DNA of 63,156 nucleotides, counting the filler, from Licmophora abbreviata (taxonomy: Eukaryota): the NCBI GenBank assembly GCA_900291995.1. It is 10 parts of 10 records of this genome, joined end to end, with 100 filler letters (N's around TTAATTAATTAA, not from the genome) between each part and the next. Parts side by side here need not be neighbours in the genome. Positions count along the whole stretch, not along the records: positions 25,145 to 32,803 come from OLMU01004886.1; positions 32,904 to 35,246 come from OLMU01004887.1; positions 35,347 to 37,381 come from OLMU01004888.1; positions 37,482 to 56,162 come from OLMU01004889.1; 6 more parts are not named here. One strand, 5' to 3'. Both the position numbers and the translations under genes were made by a program. Under the pieces are notes generated by a model. The model was given only the letters and a program-made list of their open reading frames with translations, was not told the DNA's origin and did not search any database. This document shows, in pieces, positions 32,625 to 44,710 of the stretch. Each line of letters opens with the position of its first letter. Position 1 is the first letter of the stretch.

Positions 32625-34561
32625 ATGGCAGAGGAGCTGAGGGGTAAGTGGAAAGGAGCGAAATTCTGCTTCAATGGACAAATCGCGGGGTCACCTCTGG
32701 AATACTTGTCGGTGGGAAAGGAAAAAGACTGAGTCAGTACTAACTTTACGTAGATTCTACGAGAGACGATGCACGATTGTGACACCCTCAAGAATTTTGG
32801 TGGNNNNNNNNNNNNNNNNNNNNNNNNNNNNNNNNNNNNNNNNNNNNTTAATTAATTAANNNNNNNNNNNNNNNNNNNNNNNNNNNNNNNNNNNNNNNNN
32901 NNNAATGGATTGGAAGACGACTCTCTTCGCGAGGAAGTACCGCGAGGGGCCTTGACGCTTCAAGAGGCAACTGATGGCCAGCGAATGATCTTGTTCGACC
33001 CTCTCCTGACTCATTGACGCAGCTCACAAGTTCTCACTCACTTTCGCGCGCGACAGGACCGACTGCCAATGCTGGTGCCATTTCGCTCCAAATTCTTCCG
33101 CCTCGCTCTACATTAAACTCGTTTGCCGATAAAAGAAGCACTAAAAAGCAGCCTCCTGGCGATAAACTGAAGCGAAGGTGAGTTTACGTCGTCCCAGCGG
33201 CCACTTTTCTCATCGTGATCGAGATGTCTCTCGGGAGTCGTGAGACAGCTTGCATATCCGCCGCCAACTGTCAATGCATAAGTCAATTGCTTCTCTGTGT
33301 CCTGAATATGTCTTTTCATAAGAGCAGATGCAGTTGAAGTGTGACTGGTATTCATACACGTATACAGATCATTGATTTTCATCTGGGAAGAACAAGCGTC
33401 ACCCTTCCGCGGGCAAATGGCTTCCCTTCTTCTTTGATGCAGGACCACCGATGACAACTTGCGATTGGCTTCTTCCTTTTCCACATTCGTCAGTCAGTGA
33501 TTTCACTGTCTATGCGTATCTGGTCACTCTTCAGGATCTCGACTCTGTTGCAATTCGTTCCTTGACTCACGTCGCGGTTTCTTGCTGCTTTTGATTTTCT
33601 CATTATGCCTCGCGAATACCGAACTTCGCTCGCCAGTCGAGAACGAAACAGAATGCATGCTCGCAAGACACGTCAACGCAAGAAGGAGCACATGAAGAAC
33701 CAGCAGGACCAAGCCGACGCTCTCAAGCAGCAGCAGCTCATGCTACGACAGGCTATCAACGAGAAGAACACGGCCAGTATTCTGGTTGGTCTTTTCGCGA
33801 AGAAGGAGGGATCGTCGGAAGATTCCGACCCTCGCGTGGAGGAACTGCTTCGACGAGACGCCGCACAGATTCCTGATGCTTCCAAGGTTCCGGAACTTCC
33901 ATCTTTGATTCTTCCGGGAGCTCATCCGTCGAACAAGCTCTCAAGAAGCAAGAAGGCTGCTGCTGCTCCGGTCGATACCTCACTCCTAGAGCCGCATCAC
34001 GAACTACCCGAAGACGGCATCGACTACCAGCTTCTGGGCAAGGATCGCTCCAAATGTACATCGGAGGAGCTCGACAAGATTCGTCGAGAGCGAAATCGCA
34101 TGCATGCCAAGCGAACGCGGGATCGGAAGCGTCTCTTCATGGAAGAGATGGAAGAAATCATCAAGCGGCTCGAAGACGAAAACGAGCTTCTCCAGGACCA
34201 CCTCGTCATGCTTGGGGGTGAGCGAATCCCTGTTCCACCGCCAACTCGGTCGCCGTCTGCTGTTGTTTCTCCGTCTCTCAAACCGAAAAAGAAGCCAAAA
34301 CGCAAGCGTGGGTCCGCCGAGGATCAGATCAAGTCGCTTCTCCTTGCCGCGGGTACTTTTGAGAAGAACACGGAGGATCAGAACACCGGACTGACTGCGA
34401 TTTCGTCCACCGTATCTGCTGTTTCGGCATCGACAAGTGAGTCCGGAAGTTCTAGTCTGTGTGATGTGGAAGACACGGAACAGCCGATGACAAAGAAGTC
34501 ACGACTCGAAGAAAATCCAAGTTACGCCCCTTCTTCCGTGCCTGCATCCATCACGTGCTGA
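32625..34561 (+). CDS. Transcription factor with two bZIP domains; exons 32625-32643, 33057-33177, 33637-34561
   Basis: SRERNRMHARKTRQRKK and RRERNRMHAKRTRDRKR...IKRLEDEN; phase-compatible GTAAGT/CAG and GTGAGT/CAG junctions give MAEELRG|PTANAGA...DKLKRS|RERNR; exon 1 lies across the gap and is less certain. Confidence 0.82.
32804..32903. other. Assembly gap linker
   Basis: N-TTAATTAATTAA-N spacer. Confidence 0.97.
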
Positions 34562-35246
34562 TTGCGCAAGTGCCAGCCTTTCCGGGAAAAGAAAGCATTG
34601 TGCTCTATGTTCTGTGGCTCTCGTCTACAATCCTGTACGGCTCGGGGACAGCCGTCTTGATTTACTGAATCATTCACACCCATTTTACGAGGTCAAACAT
34701 CACACCGACTCGTTTCTCTCATCATGTCACACACTCGTCACACAATCACCGGTGGCACCTGACGATCGTCGATCGTGCTCGACGGTGTCTGAGTTTGACG
34801 GTGTCGCAAGCGCGATACACCACCACTGCAGATATGGGCATATGCTCCAACGCACACGCAGTTCTGCTCGTGTTTAGTTGGATGCTATTGTTCCACCTGT
34901 AGCACAGCATTCATCACCGTCACGTTTCACACGACGCTTGTAAGATTGCTTCGGAGCCCGTAGTTACTTACTCATAAGCACCCATAAAAGCACACTACTC
35001 CGCACCCTCAGCGTTGCTCTGTAGCTACGATCTATGTAGTCGATCGACGACGCAAGACGAACAACGTGTGCAAACAAAGAATTTTACTCGTGTTCGGAGC
35101 TGCTTTGTCGCTGAACCAATTTATGTACATACGAGCTATTATGCCCCGAACCAAAATTCAGCTAGAATCCATGGGACACAGCAGCGTGCATAGCTAGACG
35201 TCCCCAGTAAGCAACGGTTCCCGCAGCTGCCAGTGCGCCATGTTAT

Positions 35247-35346
35247 NNNNNNNNNNNNNNNNNNNNNNNNNNNNNNNNNNNNNNNNNNNNTTAATTAATT
35301 AANNNNNNNNNNNNNNNNNNNNNNNNNNNNNNNNNNNNNNNNNNNN
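35247..35346. other. Assembly gap linker
   Basis: N-TTAATTAATTAA-N spacer. Confidence 0.97.
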
Positions 35347-36729
35347 CCGTCGGCGAATCGATACAGAACTAATCCAGCCATGATAACCCCCTAAGCCAGT
35401 CAGATCGGAAACGTGAAAGGTTGTCGTTTGCGGCATGAAAGGGAGAGCAAACGCGAGGTTTCCAATTGGGACCATGACGGTCAAGGCGAGATATAGAATG
35501 TTGGCAGAGCCAAACTTGAGTATGTACATCATGAGAATGTTGAAACAGATATTCAACAGGAGGCCGACATTCACAAAGAGTGATGCGTGCGACGCACACA
35601 TGGAATCTGGATGGCAGCCCGATTCAATTGATCCTGTACCAAGATAGCACAGAAAGCCGTCGTACAGGTTTCGTGGAATTTCCGACGGAACTACTTGGGG
35701 CGATGACGCGAGTCCCGCTGGCACCGCAAGAAGAAGCGAAAAGCCGAACTGAAAGATTGCTATCCACCCGTTGAGATATACGGGATCAAGTTCCGTCTCG
35801 TCTCCCAACGCAATCTCTTTATAAATACTCGAAAGGGTCATTGGAACGCACGATAGGATAGTGACTATCGACCACATGAGCGTAAGCCATTCCTCCCCAC
35901 CGGCGACTGCCGCTGAGGGTATCCATTCGCAAACCGGTTCGCCTTCGTCGGTAGTATCGTCGTCGTGCAGGAGCGTTTGGTTGTCCCAAAGGTACTGACG
36001 CTGCTGAGAAAAACTGAAGATATTCCAAACAGGATCCACATCGAGTCGATGTGACAAGCATCCCTCTTTAGTCACTTCCACTTGACATATGGAACAGTCG
36101 TTCTCTTCGTTGATGGCATGACAGATCAAGTCCGGGGCAAGTCGATGCGTCATCATGGGCTCGAGCACAACCAGTATTCCCATAAGTACAATAACAGCAC
36201 CCACGTATTGAAAAGCCTTATAGGAATGGCCTAATAGGTGCCTGGAAAGCATCATGCTGATGGGAATCGCGGCTTGCGGCAGTAGAATGAGCAGCGGCCC
36301 TGGCAGATAGACGCTGGCAAAGACTTGCATCATGGTCGCCAAGCAATCGAGGCATCCCATGATAGCAAATGGTCGCTTCGGAAGAGCAAGCTGCTCGGGT
36401 GTGATGGCGTGGTTGAGTAACCCAAACTTGGAAACGGGTAATATGTAGCACCACGTGAGTGGAATGTAGAGCAGCGTCCCAAAGAGGTTCAGGAAATTGG
36501 GGTAGTTGTACATCGGTACAGCTTGTAGCTTATTGAATACGACGTTTCCTGCTCCAAATATGACTAGAAAGCAGAAGACTAGGACAAGCTGTGCGTCACT
36601 TTCCTTTGGCGACGATGTTCTCTCGGGGTGATTGGCGGCGGGACACGAATAGTCGGAACATTCGGAATTGAGTCCTTCGTACTCCAGATGAGGCGGTACT
36701 TCGGAAGGACCTTCTTCTGCTGCCCCCAT
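35347..36729 (-). CDS. CRT-like transporter (chloroquine-resistance-transporter family, DMT superfamily), 3' truncated
   Basis: GNVVFNKLQAVPMYNYPNFL, FAIMGCLD, LPGPLLILLPQAAIPISM, SCVPMTLSSIYKE, LNGWIAIFQ and ILKFGSANIL; about 10 TM segments. Confidence 0.88.
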
Positions 36730-37381
36730 TTTGAGAGAATCTGAGTCTTCAGTGACGTGGGGAGGGTATGCAAGCGATGTCTGAAAGACGATTGGGTTGA
36801 AAAGTCAACTGACACCTCTCGATCAGAGACATCGGCGAGCATGGTGCTGAGAATTCTGAATTCTGCAACCTCTCACGACATCGCGAAAGCGAAGAAAATC
36901 GTCCGTCGTTTGCGGACGGAGGGCCAGACAGAAGCGCATTTGTTTATTTTATATTTTACTGTACGGTCTGTTGGTCTGGGAATGTACAAAAATTGACTTT
37001 TTCAACACGCTTAGGTGAAGAGCGTTTTACTTTGGATTACTTAGGTTAGAATTTGAAATATTCAAAATAAGTACTGAATACAAAAAGTTGACGCGTCAAG
37101 CTCGCATCGCGCTTCCCCGGCTTTCATCTCAAAATGAAAGGGCGCGCCCGTCCATTGTTCATTTCATTCACGGCTTCGCCACACCGGTCGTTCTTCATCT
37201 GCTGGAGCACGTTCCGTCAATCCAGAGTTCTACTGATGCCACTTTCAGCACTCGACAGAGGTAAGCAGCGTCTTGCAAGATTGGAAAGGAGGACACACTT
37301 CGACTAGCGGTCCCAGTGGAGAGTAGCGAACGACGTTGTTTTCTCGCAGTCATCACAGGTCTGAGATCAATCAAAATGTAT

Positions 37382-37481
37382 NNNNNNNNNNNNNNNNNNN
37401 NNNNNNNNNNNNNNNNNNNNNNNNNTTAATTAATTAANNNNNNNNNNNNNNNNNNNNNNNNNNNNNNNNNNNNNNNNNNNN
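37382..37481. other. Assembly gap linker between overlapping contig ends
   Basis: 35 nt CAGTCATCACAGGTCTGAGATCAATCAAAATGTAT occur on both sides (37347-37381 and 37482-37516). Confidence 0.95.
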
Positions 37482-37784
37482 CAGTCATCACAGGTCTGAG
37501 ATCAATCAAAATGTATCATCTATATTCAGCCCTTAGAAGTTACAATACCATTTCTAAATTCTGGAGAGCCAGCCTGTCATTTTTCGAAGACTCCACTTTT
37601 TTGCCCTGTCCCAGGTTGCTCGGTGAATATGCTGGTATTTGGCGCCGTAGACGAGTATAAATTTGAGTTTTCGTTTCCCTCCATAAATCACATCGAAGCA
37701 TCGAGCGCTCATTTACGTCTTGGGTCACCGACTGCAGTAAACCTTATCGCTCACCATCGTTGTCTTCCCTTACTGTGTCCTGCC

Positions 37785-39266
37785 ATGGGATTTGTTGATC
37801 CTTCATCTTTACCTTCCAAAGTCATCGTTTTTGACTGGGACGACACAGTATGTCCATCGTCATTCATGGATCAAAAGGGCTTCGACGCGTATGGCGACTT
37901 GCCGAAATATGTAAGTTTGACAACTTTGTTTCTGTGGAAACCGAGTGAATCATCGAAGTCTTTTGCTTGTTTCAAGCTTCCATGAACAACGTGGATCGAT
38001 CTCGATTTTGACTTTTGTGCTCTCATTCCGTTCTTTCATGCCCTGCTTGCTGACTCTCACACACATCACGTTGTTCTCACTTTTTTCGTTTGCAGTACCA
38101 ACATCTGTTTGATCAGATTGGGAAGTGCGCTGAGAAGTGCCTCGCTGAGGCTTCTAAGTACGGAGAGGTAAGAACATGATGCTTCTATCTTTTGTGGGCT
38201 CGTCGTCGTCAAGCACGTTGCCTCGCCATTCATTGGTCGTGGTGTCATGGTCACTCTTGTTGAGAGGAAACCCTTTCCAGTTTCGGACGCTTTTGGCTCG
38301 TTTTCTTACCCTTCAACGGAAGATTTTGGCGCGCCGTCCTAAGTGACTTTTTTTTGGCCCGTATCCTCTCTTCGGGACTGTTGGTCATCATTGGTTGACT
38401 GACATTTTACTCCGTGTTTGTTTGGCCAATTTACCACGTGGCTGAATACGACAATCATATTTCGAAACTGGTTTCCCAAATTTTTCCGCCAAAAATATAC
38501 ACTCCTTTTCAAGAAGGGTGTTCGATACTCTGTCTTGCTTTTCGTGATAGCTTCACTCCACTGCATACGAGACACATCATGCCGAAACTATCACGCACTC
38601 ACTGGCACGTTTCTTTGCTTGTATGTCCTCTTCCAGGTTATTATCATTACCAACTCTGACGACGGGTGGGTGAAATACTCCGCTGAACGGTTTGTCCCAA
38701 ACTTGGTTCCTGTCATCCAAAAGTACCGCATTGTGTCGGCACGGACACGCTATGAACGTTTCTACCCTAGCCAGCCATTGTGCTGGAAAGCAGCCGCATT
38801 CGCTCATGAGGTGAACGAGATCTACGGGAACAAGATGGACTTAGACGACTCCTGCTCCAGTTTAGAGTCTACCGACGTGTCCGAGTCCTCCCTCGACTCC
38901 TGCGAGAGGGTGGACAGAGACAGGAATGAGATCATCTCATTTGGTGATTCTATGGAAGAACGAACCGCTACCCGCATCGTCTCCGACCAACTATCGGCAG
39001 TCCCCAAGAGCGTCATGTTTATAGCTACACCATCTCCTGTGCAAATTCTTGGGCAACTCCATATGCTAACACACTACATGAAATATGTTTGCGAAAGTGA
39101 TTCGAGCTTGGATTTGGAGATAACTCCAGGACAGGCGCAAAGATGCGCCAAGGCTTACTTGGAAGAGCGCAACAGAAAGGTTGTGGATGCTTCTTCTAGC
39201 CACATGCAAACCTCAACGCGAAGATGGCTAGCCGGGGACCTGGCGCATCACCACCGCCATGACTGA
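37785..39266 (+). CDS. HAD-superfamily phosphatase-like protein (FDWDDT type); introns 37911-38095 and 38168-38636
   Basis: Motif I VIVFDWDDTVCPS, motif II VIIITNSDDGWV, WKAAAF and motif IV IISFGDSMEER; introns restore the frame. Confidence 0.82.
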
Positions 39267-39701
39267 TCGCCCCACGCGCTTTCACGCATTGCAAACTATA
39301 AATTACGGGGACCGGGACTGGGGTTCTCACTTTTGAATGTTCTTTCTGTTGACTTGTCGAGGCTGCGCTGACCTCTGTTCCAACGCATTCAAATTCACTA
39401 CCAACTGGAAATGTAGCTCACTAACATGTTAAGCACTGTAGATAGTATAAAGCTTGTGCTATATCGCAGCTAGCCTGCTGGTCGCTGCCGTCGGTTCCCA
39501 ACTCCCATGGTAGGACTGTGTCTTCATGGCGGTCCTGAGCAACGATGCGCCAGACTGATGACTGACTCGGCCGAAAACAGGAGCGTCGAACGTACGACGA
39601 CCAGGCAAGCGGACACGAACGGCGGGACGCGGCGATGGCGGCGATGCGACGCGGCTAGGACAACAGACCCGACCCGTCACTCGTCAGGGCCCATCTCCGC
39701 T

Positions 39702-40607
39702 ATGTTTTCCCCTCCAGGATCGAAGAACAATCGTCGAAGAGCTCGTGTGGGACGCTCATCGCGTCAGAGTGGCCGACTGTCGCGAGGAAGTGCCGAAGAG
39801 GATCTGCGGTCATGGCGCGCGGCCTCTAAGCGTCCTGCTAAAAAGTGGGTCATGGTGCCGCGACCACCGAGCGCGACTGCGTCTTTTGTTGTGCCAACGT
39901 GGGTTCTCAAAGAAGAATTGACACTTGAAGAACGCTCGAAGCTTTTCCCAGAAGAGATGGAAAAAGAAAAGAAAGAATCGGAGAAAGATTACACGAGTGC
40001 GCTGCAAGTCACCCAGATGCATGTCGACACACTGACTGCACCTGCCTCACAGCAGTCTTCGACAATTACAACAGAGAGAAGAAAACAATCTTTACCACAA
40101 TCTAGCGGGACCCCTTCCAGTGAACCAAGGAATTTGTCGGACAAGCCGTCTTTGCCGCAATCGGCGGGTGATGCTTCGGCTTCCGGCACTAACCTCGCGA
40201 ACTCGGCAACGACTCTGTATGATCAAGCTAGTGCGAGCTTGAATTCGTCAAAGGTTGTCAAACTACAGGAATCTCCCACTGTGCATGCGCGACCTACATG
40301 TGGAACGAATGAAGCCGCGTTGTCTACAATTGAAGCCTCCCAGGCGGTGCCGGCGACTGCTCCCGATGCGACCTCCAGCGGTACTGGTGGATCTGTGCAA
40401 TCTGCCCCATCCATGACGACAGAAGCAACACCAGCCGTCGACAAACTGCATGCGGCTCAAACGAAATCTCTCCCCGACAGCATGCGGACGACAACTACAG
40501 GCGATTCGTCGAACTCGGCTTCGGTGTCCAATGCGGAGCTTCCGTCTGCAAATGCCGATCCCGGCACATCTGAACCGGAAGCTAAGCGAGCGAAGCTATC
40601 ACTGTAG
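39702..40607 (+). CDS. Protein with BCL7-like N-terminal domain and disordered Ser/Thr/Ala-rich tail
   Basis: GRSSRQSGRLSRGSAEEDLRSWRAASKRPAKKWVMV...FVVPTWV resembles BCL_N; C-terminal EPEAKRAK is NLS-like. Confidence 0.55.
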   Translation: MFSPPGSKNNRRRARVGRSSRQSGRLSRGSAEEDLRSWRAASKRPAKKWVMVPRPPSATASFVVPTWVLKEELTLEERSKLFPEEMEKEKKESEKDYTSALQVTQMHVDTLTAPASQQSSTITTERRKQSLPQSSGTPSSEPRNLSDKPSLPQSAGDASASGTNLANSATTLYDQASASLNSSKVVKLQESPTVHARPTCGTNEAALSTIEASQAVPATAPDATSSGTGGSVQSAPSMTTEATPAVDKLHAAQTKSLPDSMRTTTTGDSSNSASVSNAELPSANADPGTSEPEAKRAKLSL

Positions 40608-40861
40608 AGGGACTAGGGTTAGCTGCGAAATCTGACAGCACAGAGATGATTCTTATGCGAGGTTCTTCGTTCCAAACATGCGAATGTAGACAACATGCTT
40701 GCAACCGCGAGTCCGCTTGATGATAGGAGGGACTCTTTTTCGATGTCAGTATTGCGAGCACCACAAAGTGAAATTCGATAACTAGTTCAGTCTTGTTGTC
40801 TCTCTACGTCTCTCTAGTAGATTTATAATCATAACGACTCTTGCCTAGTAGAGTACGTCAA

Positions 40862-42357
40862 TTACACCTTGCTGTAGTCCAGCTTGGACTCGAGTTTCTT
40901 GTTGTCTAGAATCTTGCGAGCCGCCTTCATGAAATCTTCTTCCAGAACATAGTCGCGATCGGACCTAATCGCAAACAGCCCTGCTTCCGTACAAATATTG
41001 CGCATGTCGGCGCCATTGAGTCCATCGGCAAGCTTGACAACACTCTCAAAGTCAATATCGCCGCGCTTCGTAATACCAGAGGCATGAATCTTGAGGATCT
41101 CCAAACGCTGCGTCTCGTTTGGTTCAGGGATTTCAATCTTTCGATCAAGTCGGCCAGGGCGAAGCAATGCAGGATCTAGGATATCTGGACGGTTGGTAGC
41201 CATGACCTGCGAAACGTATGGCAAAGGAAGAATGGTATGTCAATACAAGGCTACATACGGAGACGCAGAGCCAAAACATGGAAAACACTAACGCACCATT
41301 TTCACTTGTCCTTGTTCTTGGAAGCCGTCCATTTGATTCAAGAGTTCCATTAGTGTGCGCTGAATCTCTCGATCCGCAGAAGTTCCCTCGGAGAAACGAG
41401 ATCCACCAATCGCGTCGATTTCGTCCATGAACACGACGCAGGGTTCGTGATCACGGGCAAAGCCAAACATTTCGCGAATGATTCGCGCAGACTCCCCAAT
41501 GTACTTGTCGACAATGGCAGACGCAACGACCTTGAGGAATGTCGCATTGATGTTGGACGCCAATGCACGAGCGAGCAGCGTCTTTCCCGTTCCTGGAGGT
41601 CCGTACAGCAGCACGCCGGAAGGAGCCTGGAATGACGACAATTACGACTAGATGAGAAACGTCGTCGAATTCGCGTCAACACACAAGCAGCAATACAGGT
41701 TCACCCACACATATCTCGCCTCACCTTGATTCCGACACGAATGAAGAGTTCGGGGTTGGTCAAAGGCAGTTCGATGACTTCCCGCAGCTCACGGATCTGT
41801 TCATTGAGCCCACCAATGTCCGAAAAGCTCACGCCGCCATCTTCCTCACTGCTCTGCATGTGAAAGACGGTAGGATCGACTTCACGCGGCAAGACACGCA
41901 TGATGGTAAGCGTGGTCATATCGAGCGCAACACGCGTTCCGGGCTGAAGCTTCTCGTGACTGAGCCGCGTGCGGCATCCCACGACGTATCGAGGACCGCT
42001 ACTGGCCTTGACGATGAAGCGTTCCGCATCGAGTCGCTTCAAGACATCGCCGATAATCTGCCCAACGCTTTGCAATGCACTGAGATCGTCTTCCGTCTTT
42101 TCGTAACGCCCGACGAGTCCCCTTACGTCTTCGCGCATGCGTTTTAGGCGTGCCTCCACCTCGCGGTGCTCCCGGATCTTGGCACGGTACTGCTCCAGCA
42201 CTTGTTCGCGTTCCGACTGCGCCTGGGACGCCGCTGTTTCGGCAGCAGCGGCGGTATCATCAGCCTCAGGGGCTGGATCAGAGGGAGACTCCTCCTCCAT
42301 CTCCTCCTCAACGACGGCGTCGTTGATAGTCTCGTCCTGATTGTCGTCGTCCGCCAT
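40862..42357 (-). CDS. RPT4: 26S proteasome AAA-ATPase subunit Rpt4 (PSMC6); introns 41627-41724 and 41207-41296
   Basis: [68 protein letters not shown] and KKLESKLDY. Confidence 0.96.
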
Positions 42358-42780
42358 GGTCAAGGGTGCTACTCTGTGTGTCTGATGCGTATGGGCGCAT
42401 CATTTCTTTGCCCTTCGATTGGGATCATTTGGAGCTCGAGAGCTCGACATAAAACTGGGAAGTTTGTGGTTTTTAATCAATTTGCCATCAGTTTGGTTAT
42501 TTTTGGATGTTTTCTGAAAAACATCAGAAACCGAACTCCAGAAAGATTTGTGATGCCGAAGTGCGAGAGATTCGTGGAGATGATTGGCCGACCACACTTC
42601 AAATATCCATCACATCAGCGCAACTCCGCCCATTCATTCAGAGAAGTCGTCGGAGTGAATAGACATTGGAGAGAGTTGCATCTCTAGTCGCAGAGAATCC
42701 TTGCGAAGCTCCAAGTTTTCATTCTGCGAGCAAAGCGAACATAAAAAGCAAAATTGACTTACTGAGATCTTTCATTCATC

Positions 42781-43911
42781 ATGAGCCAATCACGAATACG
42801 GCACCGACGACATCTTTCGCCACAGCGGGTAGTCGCCATTCTGTTGATCGGTGTTGGCTGTGCGACATCCTTTGCTGCGAAAAATAGTCTCCGGGCAACG
42901 ATCCAAGTCTGTCAAAACAAGGATTGCTGCCAGAGATTCCAAGGCAAGGCCTTTTCGCTGGTCGAGACGATGGAGTATCTTTCTTCAGGCACATCGTCCT
43001 CATCGACAGAGGTGCCGCGAGTCGAATCATCCGGGTGCCTGTCACAATGTGGCAAGGGTCCTAATCTTCAAGTTAGTTTTGATAATGCAATGATACCTGA
43101 AAAGTTGTTTCATCAAGTCGACTCGGTGCACAGCGCAGCGGCCATACTTGAACTGGCCATTCCGGGCATCAAGATTCATCCGACGCTGGTGGCTGCCATC
43201 ACAGTGTTGGAGCGAGCTGAACGAGGTACGTACGGCTGTTGTCATGTTCCATGATATGTACGAAGGCTTTCTGTTTAGAGTCGCCGAGCAGAAACTCTAC
43301 GAGTAATGTCTGTATCGGTGCTAAAGAAATGCCGAGAGAAATCGTCAAGGGGTGTGGCTTGGTGTAATATCGATGCGTTTGCGTTTCGCAAGCGATGGTG
43401 ATTTGACACTATAGGACCACTTGGATCTACGACAGTCTTTTGGAATTGAACCAGTACGGTCTTATTGCGATTGCTGCTCTCGTGACGGTGTACAAACTCT
43501 CACGATGCTATGTTACTTCTCTTTCCCTAAAATGACACGTTTCTAGCAGCGACATTGGATGAGACGGAAAAGTGTCTCGATTCTGTCATCTCAGCACTGG
43601 ATAGGAAACCCGAGCTAACGGTAGGGCCAGTCATGGCTCATGCGCTCGTCGTGCGAGCGCAGATGCGATTGGAACAAGGTTTGCCGCGAAAGGCCAGGCG
43701 TGATGCAACTCAGGCCACCGAGCTGAACCCATCTCATGCGATTGCCTGGAGAGTATTGGCGGACACATACGAGGCGACAGGGGATACACAGGCAGCTCTG
43801 TTATCGCTGTCGAGATGGGGCGAAATGAATCCTGTGTTTCGAACCAAGGCAGCCAAGGAGATCCAACGATTGCAGGAAGTGTCACAAGAACGAGGCAGTG
43901 ACCGGAGGTGA
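42781..43911 (+). CDS. Probable plastid protein: thioredoxin-like [2Fe-2S] ferredoxin domain plus TPR repeats; intron 43226-43546 (or 43549)
   Basis: Signal ...GCATS-FAA; IQVCQNKDC...SGCLSQCGKGPN; second exon ALVVRAQMRL...ARRDA.QA.ELNP....AWRVLAD.YE..GD is TPR-like. Confidence 0.75.
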
Positions 43912-44040
43912 TGATGAATGTGTAGAGCGAGAGAAGCCGTAAAAAGAAGTTTTGAATAGATTCTTACTGTAGAATCAGGACTCTCGTCATCTTTCCCGCC
44001 GTCGACACTATAAGGCGTGGTGATGCACCGCAATAGCCAG

Positions 44041-44710
44041 CTACCGCAGCTCGTCGATGTCGGGAGGACTGCCTGCGACGGAAACGAGATTGATGCAGTA
44101 ACGGTTTTGTCCATCTGGTATGTTGTGCCCTGAGATGACAATTAGAGACAAGAAGTAATCGTGAGTTATGTTGGAGATAGCATCTGCGACCGCTGTATAG
44201 AAAACCCAAACGATAATTCTCACCCAGATGAGTCCCATCTACGCTGACTGTTTCGCCACCCGGAAGGATCCGCACATTTTCCCAGTTGACTTCCGCATCT
44301 CTAAACGATGGCCATCCGTGCTTCATCGACTCTTGGAGAAACTCTTGAAGTGATCGTCCCTTTGGGGCTTCGAACAGAGGCTTTCCAGTATTGCTGTCGT
44401 AGAACACCATTGGCAAATCACTCTCATCACTAATGTTGATCAAAAAGTCTGTCCTTGCAAAGTAGCCAAACTGCTCAGCGTATCGTCTATTGTAATTGCA
44501 AATCCGGTCTGCCGTCTTCCAGTCGCAGTCCCATCGCAAGTTTTCCTGGACCGGCGTATTGCTTGTACCATGCTCCTTCGGCGACATGATGGACTCATCG
44601 CCCTGCACGCACGGCGGATCGCATTTTGAGTCGTAGCTTGCTCCGGACAGAATCACAATTGATGCACCTATCAAGGAGAGAAGTAGTGGGAGAACAAGTC
44701 GCTTCGACAT
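44041..44710 (-). CDS. Methionine sulfoxide reductase B (MsrB/SelR)-like protein with signal peptide; intron 44130-44223
   Basis: GKPLF, HGWPSF, ETVSVDGTHLG|HNIPDGQNRYCINLVS (MsrB HLGH...RYCIN motif); hydrophobic N-terminus from ATG 44710. Confidence 0.82.

Noticed and set aside
37347..37516. 35-nt direct repeat flanking a gap (and a 22-nt one at 56141-56284), resembling target-site duplications
   Set aside because: Overlapping contig ends; merging the 56-kb pair restores an intact PLAC8 frame
20960..42357. Apparent ubiquitin-proteasome cluster (FANCL, RPT3, UBC2, RPT4)
   Set aside because: Common housekeeping genes interspersed with unrelated ones and separated by gaps; no evidence of a functional cluster
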